DNA of 64,000 nucleotides from Candidatus Wolframiiraptor gerlachensis (GTDB lineage: Archaea > Thermoproteota > Nitrososphaeria_A > Caldarchaeales > Wolframiiraptoraceae), in contig JAJPCT020000018.1 of the NCBI GenBank assembly GCA_021323375.2, forward strand, positions 1 to 64,000. The letters run 5' to 3'. The translations under genes were made by a program, and so were the position numbers. The number at the start of each line of letters is the position of its first letter. Within the stretch, counting starts at the first letter, position 1. The notes under the pieces are model-generated. The model was not told the DNA's origin, ran no database searches, and saw nothing but the letters and a program-made list of their open reading frames with translations. This document shows, piece after piece, positions 1-9,609 of this stretch.

Positions 1-271
1 CGACATGGCTCATTTTTAGAACCGGAAGGCAAGGACTATTAACATACTTCACTACAATCACTACAATATAACCTGATTATGACTTTCAAGTCTTGAGACG
101 CCTTACTACTCCGCTTCTTCTACTCTTCCTTATGTCACCTCCGAAGCATACTCAATAACATGGCTACGGTTTGGGAAAATCCTCCACTTAATCGCCTCAC
201 TAATCCAATGGAGAGACCTTCATCTAAATAATGCCGACCTTACCAACTGTCAACATATTAAAGGTTTCATG

Positions 272-853
272 TTACTTCGCAGGAGTGTATGTAATCAGTT
301 GATTTTCTTCTAAGATCTTCTTCAATTTGTAAACGGCCTCGTAGACTTCCTTCTCCGTCTTAGCACCAGTACAAACCAGCTTGCCACTCGCAAACATCAA
401 AATAACTACCTTCGGGGAATCCATCCTAAAGATTAACCCTGGGAACTGCTGCGGCTGGTACATTGTATTTTCGAGCTTGAGTGCTGCTTCTTCGAGGTTT
501 ATGCGTCCGTGTAGGTCTATTGATGCGACGATGTTTTGTATTTCGATTATTGGTTCGTGTTTGATTAGGAATCCTTCTTTTTCGAGTAGTTTGATTACTG
601 TTTGTACTGCTCTTATTGATTCTTTTTCGCTTTTTGCTCCTGTGCATACCATTTTTCCTGATGAGAAGATTAGTGTTGCTGTTTTTGGTGTTGCTAGTCT
701 GAAGACTAGGCCGGGGAATTGTGCTGGTTTGTATTCTGTTTCTGGGAAGGCTTTTTGGATTTGGGCTAGGTCTAGTTTCTGGTTTATTGTGACTGAGGCG
801 ACGACGTTCTGGATTTCTATTGTTGGCTCCGGTGTCTTTGTCTGTTCTGTCAT
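272..853 (-). CDS. tbp: TATA-box-binding protein (divergent stirrups)
   Basis: Two TBP repeats: IQNVVAS/IQNIVAS, QFPGL..R, IFSSGKMVCTGAK/MFASGKLVCTGAK. Confidence 0.97.
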   Translation of the reverse strand: MTEQTKTPEPTIEIQNVVASVTINQKLDLAQIQKAFPETEYKPAQFPGLVFRLATPKTATLIFSSGKMVCTGAKSEKESIRAVQTVIKLLEKEGFLIKHEPIIEIQNIVASIDLHGRINLEEAALKLENTMYQPQQFPGLIFRMDSPKVVILMFASGKLVCTGAKTEKEVYEAVYKLKKILEENQLITYTPAK

Positions 854-1012
854 GCTTGTTCAGCCCCTTTTTAAAGCCTTGATATAAGGTGTTTTATAGG
901 GGTTTATAAATGTTCGGGGTGGTTTTTGGGAGGGGTCTTTTGGGCCTTTATAAGGGCTTGTGGGTTTTCTCGATTGTCATGTTTATTTATTGCTTGTGGC
1001 CATTGGTTGTTT

Positions 1013-1076
1013 GGAGGATGAGCGGTGACGGTGCTGAGCCCTTTTTGGGCTGTGAGGATGGCGTTGAGTTCTGACG
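1013..1076 (+). ncRNA. Box C/D methylation guide sRNA
   Basis: C box AGGATGA 1015-21, 12-nt guide, D' CTGA 1034-37, GCCC-T5-GGGC hairpin, C' GTGAGGA 1052-58, 12-nt guide, D CTGA 1071-74; TTTATTTA about 25 nt upstream. Confidence 0.8.
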
Positions 1077-1297
1077 TTTTTCATAATTCTTCTTGGCCTT
1101 CATGTATTTCATGTGATGGTTTGGTTGATGGGGGTAGTGTTAGAGTATCCTTGCCTTTGTGCGTTTTATGAGCAAATCTAATTTCTTGGCTATTGTTCCG
1201 ATTGTTGTGAATGCTTCCCGGCGGACAAGGAATTTGACCTATGGAGGCCGCAGGGCTTAAGATTTGCTTGGAGGCAGCGTTAATTGGTTAGGGTGTC

Positions 1298-3547
1298 TTG
1301 GATGCGGCGAGTACCTTAAGGGAGTTTAACGAGAATGTTAAGGGGAGGCTTGGCGTTTCCCTCAGGCGCTACCAAGAGGATGTAGCTCGAGAAATTCTTA
1401 GCTGTCTTGATCAGGGATGTCGTCATGTTGTTGTTTCTATGCCTACGGGTAGTGGTAAGACTCTGCTTGAGATGTTTATAGCATACTACTTTTTATCGAG
1501 GTTATGTAAGCGCGTCCTCGTGGTTGAACCCACTAGGTTTCTCTGTGATCAGATGTATTCGCGTCTGTGGGGTAGGGTGTTTGGCGATATAGTGGGTAAG
1601 GAGTATGAGGGTGAGTGTGTAGACTTTCTTAATCCTGGTAAGAAGATCGTTATTGCCACGCCTCAAACGGCGTTGAAATGTTCTTCCCATCTAGAGGCTG
1701 AGCCATTCGATGCCGTGATAATAGATGAGGCCCATCATGCGTTTGGAGGTAGGCATTATGCTGAGTTGATAACGTCGATTAGACCATGTATCGTGGTAGG
1801 ATTCACGGCTCTGCTTCCTGGCTATAGGTTGTCTAATCTTGATCCCAGAATTGAGTTAATGCTTGGAGCGCCCAGGGTCTTATCCTACGATTTCAAGAAG
1901 CTTGTTGAGATGGATAGCTCTTTTGAGCCTCCGAAAGCCATTGCGGATCTATTCGATGCTGAGATGGATGAGCTTGAAGCCAGAGTATACGAAGAGCTAT
2001 TTATGGGGAGGGTTGAAGGCGATCCTAGGACCATTAAGCGTCTCGAGATCACGTTAGTTCGCTATGGTTCGATGGCCCTCCGTGAGAGCTATGAAAATGC
2101 GTTAGAGAAAAGCAGGATGGCGAGAAACTTGGCGCTTGAAGAGTTGTGTAATTCCATCAGGTATTCTCATAAAGCTAGAGTGCTATTGGATGTGCTTAGA
2201 ATCTACGACATATGGAATAACAACGATCTTAAGCCTGTTCTTGTATTCACATCGCGTAAGACCACAGCTGGCGAATTTAGGGAGGCTATTGTTAAAGAGC
2301 TTGGATTACAGATGGATAGAGTCCAAGTCCTCACTAGTGACATGGATAGGGATGAGAGGCGTGAGCTCGTTGAGAGAGCCAAAGGAGGGGATATTGACGT
2401 AATAATATCCACACTTGTTGGTGAGGAAGGTGTCGATATCCCTGAAACAGGGTTGTTAGTAATGACTGATGTTCCTAAGTCGCCGCTTCGCTTCTACCAG
2501 AGGCTTGGACGTTTGATTAGACTGGCTAGTCCTAGGAAACTAAAGTACCTGGTTATTACACTTACGCCGAAAACATATGAGTATCTAGATTTGGAAGATG
2601 CTCTGTGGAATCTATACAGCGAGGAGGTTGATGTGAGTTTCATCATTATGAACATAGATGCGAAAAGGCCTACAGCAAGAGTTGACGAAATACTTGAGAA
2701 ATTCTCAACAATATATAACGATGTTGCGGTACCATATACATTAATAACGCAAGGAAGGGAGCTTAGCAATCCACTGAATTATGTTGTTAGCATTGCTAAG
2801 CAAAACAAGGATTTTCTAGATGTTCTTAGAGAAACCTTTCAGTTGGAGGGTATAGAGCTGGATCTCAGCTCGGATGATGCCCTTGAAAGAGCCATCTTCG
2901 ATCTAACCACGTTATACTTCTTGAGAGCGGGTGACAAGATGAAGAGGGCTTATGATAGGCTTGACAAGTTAATGAACAAAGGTAGGTTTGCTAACGTGCT
3001 AAGCGAAGCTATAAGGACTGGGAGGGTCTTCTATATTTACGATATAGATAAGATGGCTTTGCTAATAGCTGAAGGTCTCAAGCATTTATACCGCAAGTGT
3101 ATAGAGAGGGGGAAACAATACTGCGAGGGGCGCTTCTTTAGACTAGACAAGAAGTGGGTGTTGAGACTCTATGCAAAGCTGTTTATGCTTGAACATATAG
3201 GAGGTATCAAGAACAAGCTACAAGGGTATGTAAGGGACTTAGAGTCAAGTCTAAGGTTTGTTTTAGATGAAAAGTTGTCAGTAGACATAAGGAGGAGCGA
3301 CTATCACGCTGGAGCAAGAATGTTAGCTCCTAAGATACGTCTCTCTATAAGCCTAGATTCTATGAGCCTATACATCTTAGCACAGGTAAACTACTATGAT
3401 ATGGGTGGGGAACTTGGTGAACACGATGATATTTATGAGTTGATAAGGCTTAACCTTCAAGCCGTAGGCTATAAGGCCATTGAGTATTTTCTTGAATGGC
3501 TTGAGGCATCTGATAGTAACTGCTACAAACACGAAATAGTCTTCTGA
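1298..3547 (+). CDS. SF2 DEAH-box helicase with uncharacterised C-terminal ~300 aa
   Basis: MPTGSGKT (I), DEAHH (II), GFTA (III), EEGVDIP (V), QRLGRLIR (VI); TTG start. Confidence 0.9.
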   Translation: MDAASTLREFNENVKGRLGVSLRRYQEDVAREILSCLDQGCRHVVVSMPTGSGKTLLEMFIAYYFLSRLCKRVLVVEPTRFLCDQMYSRLWGRVFGDIVGKEYEGECVDFLNPGKKIVIATPQTALKCSSHLEAEPFDAVIIDEAHHAFGGRHYAELITSIRPCIVVGFTALLPGYRLSNLDPRIELMLGAPRVLSYDFKKLVEMDSSFEPPKAIADLFDAEMDELEARVYEELFMGRVEGDPRTIKRLEITLVRYGSMALRESYENALEKSRMARNLALEELCNSIRYSHKARVLLDVLRIYDIWNNNDLKPVLVFTSRKTTAGEFREAIVKELGLQMDRVQVLTSDMDRDERRELVERAKGGDIDVIISTLVGEEGVDIPETGLLVMTDVPKSPLRFYQRLGRLIRLASPRKLKYLVITLTPKTYEYLDLEDALWNLYSEEVDVSFIIMNIDAKRPTARVDEILEKFSTIYNDVAVPYTLITQGRELSNPLNYVVSIAKQNKDFLDVLRETFQLEGIELDLSSDDALERAIFDLTTLYFLRAGDKMKRAYDRLDKLMNKGRFANVLSEAIRTGRVFYIYDIDKMALLIAEGLKHLYRKCIERGKQYCEGRFFRLDKKWVLRLYAKLFMLEHIGGIKNKLQGYVRDLESSLRFVLDEKLSVDIRRSDYHAGARMLAPKIRLSISLDSMSLYILAQVNYYDMGGELGEHDDIYELIRLNLQAVGYKAIEYFLEWLEASDSNCYKHEIVF

Positions 3548-3738
3548 TATGTAGAAATTCTCCGCTTTCTCCTCCATTAGATGTTTCCAAATGAACGCGT
3601 TATACTTCATCACTCTATCTTAGTTATAATCTAGCTTCCTTTTCGAGGGCTTTAGTTCCCTTCGCTTTTTGATGATTTGTTTAATTTGTTTAAGTGGTTG
3701 TAAAACCTTGGTTATTCCTTCGTTTCATTTGCTTATGG

Positions 3739-4548
3739 CTATTGTCTTGGTTCTGTGGGTTCGCTTAACTTTTTCCGTGTGGCGAGTATGAATGCCTGGT
3801 TTTCGGCGCGTGTGTCGAGTTTTATGATGGTTTCGAAGCCGTTGTCTTTTAGGAGTTTGTCGAGTTTTGGGATCGAGCATGCGTTTAGATGCGCCTCGAC
3901 TAGGATTCTCCTTATTCTGCTGAGCTCGCTCATGGAGTGTTCTAGGACATCGTATTCGAGGCCCTCTATATCGAGCTTGAGGAGGTCGATCTCCTCGTGC
4001 CCGGCAATGTTTAGGAGTGTTCTCAGGCTCACGCACTCGACCTCGTGCTCCTCCAGGATCTCTCCGCAAAAGTACTCGGGATGCTCTCTTCTCAATGATG
4101 ATAGGGCCCTGTATCTCGGGGAGTAGAGGGTGCTTTTTCCATCGTGTGTTGATAGTGCGTATGGTAGGATTCTGACGTTTTGTAGGTTGTTGAGCTTTAT
4201 GGTTCTCTCTAGGAGTGTTCGGCTTCTTGGATGGGGTTCCAGTGCTATGATCTCTCCGCTTGGCCCGATCCTTCCTGCGCACCATAGTGTGTAGGTTCCG
4301 AGGTATGCTCCTGCGTCGATTATCTTCCATCCGGGTCTTGGGAATGCCTCGGGGGTGAAGGCGTAATCCATGTGATAGTAGACGTGTAGGATGTTGTCGA
4401 GCACGCTGGGGGCTTGGCTGAGGTCTATGATTATTCGCATGCCATCGGGTAATCTTAGGATGGTCTCCTTGAATCCCATGGCTTTGAGGAGGTTAACCTT
4501 CATGGCTTGGAATGGGCCGAGTATCCGGGATATCTCACTCCAGGGCAT
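3739..4548 (-). CDS. FkbM-family SAM-dependent methyltransferase
   Basis: IDAGAYLG, ALEP, IDLLKLDIEGLE motifs. Confidence 0.9.
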   Translation of the reverse strand: MPWSEISRILGPFQAMKVNLLKAMGFKETILRLPDGMRIIIDLSQAPSVLDNILHVYYHMDYAFTPEAFPRPGWKIIDAGAYLGTYTLWCAGRIGPSGEIIALEPHPRSRTLLERTIKLNNLQNVRILPYALSTHDGKSTLYSPRYRALSSLRREHPEYFCGEILEEHEVECVSLRTLLNIAGHEEIDLLKLDIEGLEYDVLEHSMSELSRIRRILVEAHLNACSIPKLDKLLKDNGFETIIKLDTRAENQAFILATRKKLSEPTEPRQ

Positions 4549-4666
4549 GTCGTTCCATCCATTGGGCTGAAGCTGGGGGAGGAGATTAGCCTTTTAGGCT
4601 TGCTGGCTCGATGTGAGACTTGAAGCCGCTAGTAGGGTGTGCGTGAGCGGGTTAGGTGCCCTCGCT

Positions 4667-5794
4667 ATGGTTGATTTGATTAGGGTTTGGGAGGAGAAGG
4701 TGAGGCTCGTCTCGATGCTGGGGGATAAGCTTAGTGAGCGCGAGATCGAGGAGGCTAAGCGCGATTCTCATGCGCATCGGCTTCCAAGACCATGTGGCTT
4801 AACCGTGCATACAGGGCTTGGCTGCAAGTTCGGCTGCCTCTACTGCTATATCTATGACATGGGCTTTCCGAGCACGCCGAGGCCATATCCGCTGAAGGGT
4901 CTCCAGCTCGCCTATGCCCTCGCCTTGAATCCGGCTGTGGCCCCGGGGCACTATGGGACATTCATGGCCTTCGGATCCGTGACCGAGCCATTCATGGATG
5001 AGACCGTTGAGAGGGCCCTCGAATATCTCGATGCTGTTGCAGGAATCCTTGGAAACCCGATACAGCTCTCGACGAAGGCGTGGATTAATGATGAGCTGGC
5101 CGCGAGGATCAGGTCAATCCCGGATCACTTGAGCATCCTCGTTACAATAGTGACTACGAGCCTTCACAGGATGCTCGAGCCCGGAGCACCGGATCCCGAG
5201 GAAAGATTCCAGAGCATCCAGATGCTATCTAGGCGCGGCGTTCACACGTGTCTTTTCCTGAGGCCTATACTTCCTGGCCTGTGTGAGAGGGAAGTTGAGG
5301 ATATTCTTGTCAGGGCTCTGGATTCTGGGGCCGCCGGTGTTGTGCTGGGCTCGATGAGGGTTACGGGGGGCATTATCAGGAGGTTGGAGGCGGTTGGCTA
5401 CCCCTATATGCGCGAGATCCTTAGCAGGATTCCAGGGGATCTTAAGCCCGAGGTCCAAGTAACTCTCAGGATGAGTGATTTGAAAGGGAGGTTTGCGAGG
5501 CTGGCGGGGGAGCTTGGTCTAAGAGTTTATCCATCTGCCTGCGCCGCTAACGTGGATGCTCATGGGCTTGGATGCGCGGCATGCAAGTTCGGGCCATGTG
5601 GAGACGTGAATAAGTTGCCCGATGTTGATGAACATGGTCTGATGGAGATCTCGGCGAAATACGGCCTATCCCTGGAAAAGGTTATGATTGATGAGCGCGG
5701 GATGTTTTTGGCCGTGAAGGGCCCGAGGGCGAGGATTGCCCAGTTCCGCGAGTTCGTTAAGAGCGTGTGTAAGAGGCGGGTGATCGTTAGATGA
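4667..5794 (+). CDS. Radical SAM protein (SplB/COG1533-like)
   Basis: CKFGCLYC (CxxxCxxC), GSVTEPF, STK, LEPGAP..EER, LFLRPILPG; extra Cys cluster near C-terminus. Confidence 0.85.
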   Translation: MVDLIRVWEEKVRLVSMLGDKLSEREIEEAKRDSHAHRLPRPCGLTVHTGLGCKFGCLYCYIYDMGFPSTPRPYPLKGLQLAYALALNPAVAPGHYGTFMAFGSVTEPFMDETVERALEYLDAVAGILGNPIQLSTKAWINDELAARIRSIPDHLSILVTIVTTSLHRMLEPGAPDPEERFQSIQMLSRRGVHTCLFLRPILPGLCEREVEDILVRALDSGAAGVVLGSMRVTGGIIRRLEAVGYPYMREILSRIPGDLKPEVQVTLRMSDLKGRFARLAGELGLRVYPSACAANVDAHGLGCAACKFGPCGDVNKLPDVDEHGLMEISAKYGLSLEKVMIDERGMFLAVKGPRARIAQFREFVKSVCKRRVIVR

Positions 5795-6453
5795 TTGATG
5801 AGCGCGAGAGGATTTCCATGGTTGTGGATAAGGTCATTGAGATGTTTCAGCCGGATCCTGCTCGCATCCGATTCGATGACCCATTCTACGCGCTTGTCTC
5901 GATAATATTGTCGCAGAATACTAGTACGAAGAATGTTCGGGCGGCGATGGAGCGGTTTAGGAGGAGGTTTAATAGCGTTGAGGCGGTGGCTTTCGCGAGC
6001 CTAAAATCTATTCAGGAGGCGATTAAGCCGGCTGGCCTCTGGAGGATGAAGGCCCCGAGGATAAAGCTGATCGCGCGCCAGATCGCGGAGGGGAGAATCG
6101 ACCTGAGGAAGGTCCTCTCAATGCCATATCCCGAGGCCAAGAGGACCCTCATGTCCCTGGATGGTGTAGGACCTAAGACCGCTGACGTCTTCCTAATGTT
6201 CGCGCGAGGTGAGCATGTTCTCCCAATAGATACCCATATCTTCAGGGTTATGAGGAGGCTTGGGATAGCCCGTGAGAAGGATGATTATGAGGTGGTGAGA
6301 TCAAAACTCGAGTCGGCGGTCAAGCCTGAGAAGAGGATCTCAGCACACCTAGCCCTAATAGAGTTTGGGCGGAGGATATGCACTGCCAGAAACCCGAAAT
6401 GCGGTGAATGCCCCTTCTCCAAAATATGTCCATCCAGCAGGGTGTTGAGGTAA
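5791..6453 (+). CDS. nth: Endonuclease III-family DNA glycosylase
   Basis: ILSQNT, HhH LDGVGPKTA, PIDTHIFR, 4Fe-4S C-x6-C-x2-C-x5-C. Confidence 0.93.
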   Translation: MIDERERISMVVDKVIEMFQPDPARIRFDDPFYALVSIILSQNTSTKNVRAAMERFRRRFNSVEAVAFASLKSIQEAIKPAGLWRMKAPRIKLIARQIAEGRIDLRKVLSMPYPEAKRTLMSLDGVGPKTADVFLMFARGEHVLPIDTHIFRVMRRLGIAREKDDYEVVRSKLESAVKPEKRISAHLALIEFGRRICTARNPKCGECPFSKICPSSRVLR

Positions 6454-6491
6454 AACTGATATTCGATTTCTCATAATATTGTTTAGCTGAT

Positions 6492-7277
6492 ATGGCTGGC
6501 AGGCTAAATGGGAAGGTTGCAATAGTTACTGGTAGCTCGCGTGGTATAGGGAGATCGATAGCTATTATGTTTGCGAGAGAAGGGGCTAAGGTATGCGTGA
6601 ATTATGTCGGGTCCGAGGATAAGGCTAGAGCAGTGGTGGAGGAGATAGCGGCTAATGGAGGTGAGGCTATAATGGTTAGGGCTGATGTCTCAAAGCCTAA
6701 TGAAGTTAAGCATCTTGTTGAGACGGTGGTGAACACCTTTGGCACGATAGACATACTGGTTAATAACGCGGCCATCATGTATTATGGTTCCATAATGGAT
6801 ATGAAGGATGAGGAGCTTGACAGGATGTGGGAGGTCAATGTCAAGGGCGTGATATATTGCTGTAGGGAGGCCGCGAAGTACATGATTGAAAAGAGGTATG
6901 GCAAGATCATCAACATAACGAGCACAGCTGCCATCGGAACGGCTTCGCGTGGTACAACGCTTTATGCGCTCACGAAAGCCGCGGTCATAATACTTACTAG
7001 ACGACTCGCCTTCGAGCTGGGAGAATACGGTATAAACGTGAACGCGATTGCCCCGAGCTTCGTCCCGACAGACATGTTCCTGCAAGGGAAGACTAAGGAG
7101 GAATTGGAGGCTATTCTAGAAAAGAGAAAGGAGACGATATCGCTGAGAAGGATTGCGACGCCTGAGGACATCGCTAGGGTTGCCGTCTTCCTCGCATCGG
7201 ATGAGTCGAGCTACATAACCGGGCAGGTAATAGTTGTTGATGGTGGTAGGATAGATTACTTGATGCACTCACTTTAA
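6492..7277 (+). CDS. Short-chain dehydrogenase/reductase (FabG-like), copy 1
   Basis: TGSSRGIG, LVNNAA, YALTK. Confidence 0.93.
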   Translation: MAGRLNGKVAIVTGSSRGIGRSIAIMFAREGAKVCVNYVGSEDKARAVVEEIAANGGEAIMVRADVSKPNEVKHLVETVVNTFGTIDILVNNAAIMYYGSIMDMKDEELDRMWEVNVKGVIYCCREAAKYMIEKRYGKIINITSTAAIGTASRGTTLYALTKAAVIILTRRLAFELGEYGINVNAIAPSFVPTDMFLQGKTKEELEAILEKRKETISLRRIATPEDIARVAVFLASDESSYITGQVIVVDGGRIDYLMHSL

Positions 7278-7331
7278 GTGAGGAATTTAACGCGTAAAAT
7301 CTTAATTTCACGAATCTTTCTCGTTAATAAC

Positions 7332-8105
7332 ATGGCTCGTAGGCTTGATGGTAAAATTGCTATAATCACTGGGAGCTCGCGTGGAATCGGGAGAGCTATC
7401 GCGCTGGAGTTCGCGAGAGAGGGAGCGAAAGTATGCATCAACTATGCTAAGTCTGAGGATATGGCTAGACAGGTTGTCGAGGAGATAAAATCGCTCGGTG
7501 GAGAGGCCTTGATGATCAGGGCGGATGTTTCAAAGCTCGATGATGTTAAGCAGCTCGTGAAAGGCGTTATTGACAGGTTTGGCAGGATAGACATCCTCGT
7601 GAATAACGCGGCGATAATGTTCAGGGGAGATTTTCTCGAGACTGAGGATGAGGAGTTCTATAGAATACTTGATAGGATGTGGGAGGTTAATGTTAAGGGT
7701 GTTGTTTACTGCTGCAAGGAGGTGGTGAAGCATATGGTCAAGAACAGATATGGCAAGATCATTAATATAGCGAGTATTGCGGGTATAGGGACGGCTTTCC
7801 CCGGCACCACACCATATGCAATGACTAAGGCAGCTATCGTAATCCTGACTAGGAGGCTAGCCTTCGAGCTGGGGCCTTATGGCATTAACGTTAATGCCAT
7901 AGCTCCGGGGATGGTCTTGACAGATATGTCCACGCCGGAAGGAGTCGAACTCGCTAGGAAGAGGTGCGTCTTAGGCAGGGTTGGGAGCCCCGAGGATATT
8001 GCGAGGCTGGCGGTCTTCCTAGCTTCCGACGAGTCGAGTTATATCACGGGCCAAGTTATAGTCGCTGATGGTGGTAGGATCGATTATCTAACGCACTCGC
8101 TCTAG
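7332..8105 (+). CDS. Short-chain dehydrogenase/reductase (FabG-like), copy 2
   Basis: TGSSRGIG, LVNNAA, YAMTK; start at ATG 7332 by alignment with copy 1. Confidence 0.93.
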   Translation: MARRLDGKIAIITGSSRGIGRAIALEFAREGAKVCINYAKSEDMARQVVEEIKSLGGEALMIRADVSKLDDVKQLVKGVIDRFGRIDILVNNAAIMFRGDFLETEDEEFYRILDRMWEVNVKGVVYCCKEVVKHMVKNRYGKIINIASIAGIGTAFPGTTPYAMTKAAIVILTRRLAFELGPYGINVNAIAPGMVLTDMSTPEGVELARKRCVLGRVGSPEDIARLAVFLASDESSYITGQVIVADGGRIDYLTHSL

Positions 8106-9499
8106 GCTATCATGTGTATCGGCTTCCAGAGAGCGGCCTCAGCAGCCTCCATAAGGGCCTCGCTGAAGGTTGGATGAGGCCTGACGCACTTGGCAAACTG
8201 CTCAATACTCATACCATTCTGTATGGCTAGAACGGCCTCCGAGATGAGCTCTGTCGCATGCTGGCCGACGATCTGGCATCCGATGACCCGGCCCGTAGAG
8301 GAGTCGATGATAACCTTTACAAAGCCATCCGTGGCCTCCTCGGCGACAGCCCTCCCCGACGCCGTGAATGGAAACTTGCCAATCTTGGGCTCTATCCCCC
8401 TCTCCCTCGCCTCCGCCTCGGTCAGTCCCGCATAGGCTATCTCCGGGTCCGAGAAGATCGCGGATGGGATAACCACATCCCGCGCGCTTACATTCACACC
8501 AGCAATATTCTCAGCTGCAATCATCCCATGATATGATGCCCGGTGAGCTAGGAATGGCGGCCCAGTAACATCTCCAACAGCATAAACCCCGGGCACGCTC
8601 GTCTCCATATGATCATTCACGATTATGAACCCCCTTTCATCGAGCTCCACGCCGACATCACTTAACCCGAGGTCCATTGATGCGGGCTTCTTGCCCACCG
8701 CGACCATTGCATAATCGGCTCTCACCTCGAGGCTCCCGCCATCCCTCCCCTCCACAACCGCCACGACACCATCCTCAAGCACCCTCGACTCCACAACCCT
8801 CGAGCCGGTGTATATCTTGACTCCCAGCTTTTTCATCCTCTTCGCGACGACGTCCACAAGATCCCTCTCCACCCCCGGGAGGATCTGATCCATGAGCTCC
8901 ACGATCGTAACCTCGGTCCCGAGCTTCGCGTAAAGAGTCCCTATCTCGACCCCCGAGACTCCTCCACCAACTATCAATAGGCCTCGCGGGATCTCTCGAA
9001 GCTCAAGAGCCTGGGATGAGGTTACAACCCTATTGCCGTCAAACGATATTTCACTTAATGAGATATGCTCACCGCCAGTCGCGATGATAATATTCCTCGC
9101 CCTGAACATCTTGGATGATCCATCGCGCAACCTAACCTCCACCTCCTTGTCAGATCTTAGCTTAGCCTCCCCCTCAACAACCTTGACACCATTTCCCTCC
9201 AAGAGATACTTCACGCCCAGCCTCAGCCTCCTGATGACCCTCTCCCTAATTGCTTGAATCTCCCCCCAGTTCACCTTTAAGTCGCCGCCGCTCAGCCACC
9301 TCGCGTTCCTCGCAGACCAGTATATGTTCACCCTGCTTATGAGGGTCTTGGATGGGATGCATCCGCGGTTGAGGCATTCACCACCCAGCTCATCCTTCTC
9401 GATTAGAAGCGTTTTCAAGCCCCGCTGGCCGAGCCTAATCCCCGCGACATATCCCCCAGGCCCGCCTCCAATCACTATAGCGTCAAACTCCTCGATCAT
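8102..9499 (-). CDS. lpdA: Dihydrolipoamide dehydrogenase
   Basis: GGGPGGY, GGECLNRGCIPSK, HPTFSE. Confidence 0.95.
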   Translation of the reverse strand: MIEEFDAIVIGGGPGGYVAGIRLGQRGLKTLLIEKDELGGECLNRGCIPSKTLISRVNIYWSARNARWLSGGDLKVNWGEIQAIRERVIRRLRLGVKYLLEGNGVKVVEGEAKLRSDKEVEVRLRDGSSKMFRARNIIIATGGEHISLSEISFDGNRVVTSSQALELREIPRGLLIVGGGVSGVEIGTLYAKLGTEVTIVELMDQILPGVERDLVDVVAKRMKKLGVKIYTGSRVVESRVLEDGVVAVVEGRDGGSLEVRADYAMVAVGKKPASMDLGLSDVGVELDERGFIIVNDHMETSVPGVYAVGDVTGPPFLAHRASYHGMIAAENIAGVNVSARDVVIPSAIFSDPEIAYAGLTEAEARERGIEPKIGKFPFTASGRAVAEEATDGFVKVIIDSSTGRVIGCQIVGQHATELISEAVLAIQNGMSIEQFAKCVRPHPTFSEALMEAAEAALWKPIHMIA

Positions 9500-9609
9500 G
9501 CGCTCTTATTCGCTTCTAAGCCGTCCTTTAAATATTCACGGCTGTCTAGCGCGCATGCTAAATGGTAAATAGGCGCTGTTTAGAGCGTTACGATGCTGGT
9601 GATGGCTTC

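Noticed and set aside
50-67. CACTACAAT tandem duplication
   Set aside because: Two copies of 9 bp at the window edge with no interpretable context
938-952. 13/15 match between the tbp upstream region and the sequence just 3' of the tnpB scaffold (13512-26), suggesting a self-targeting guide
   Set aside because: The matching segment is itself a hairpin, probably scaffold, and a 13/15 match is reasonably likely by chance in 128 kb of searched strands
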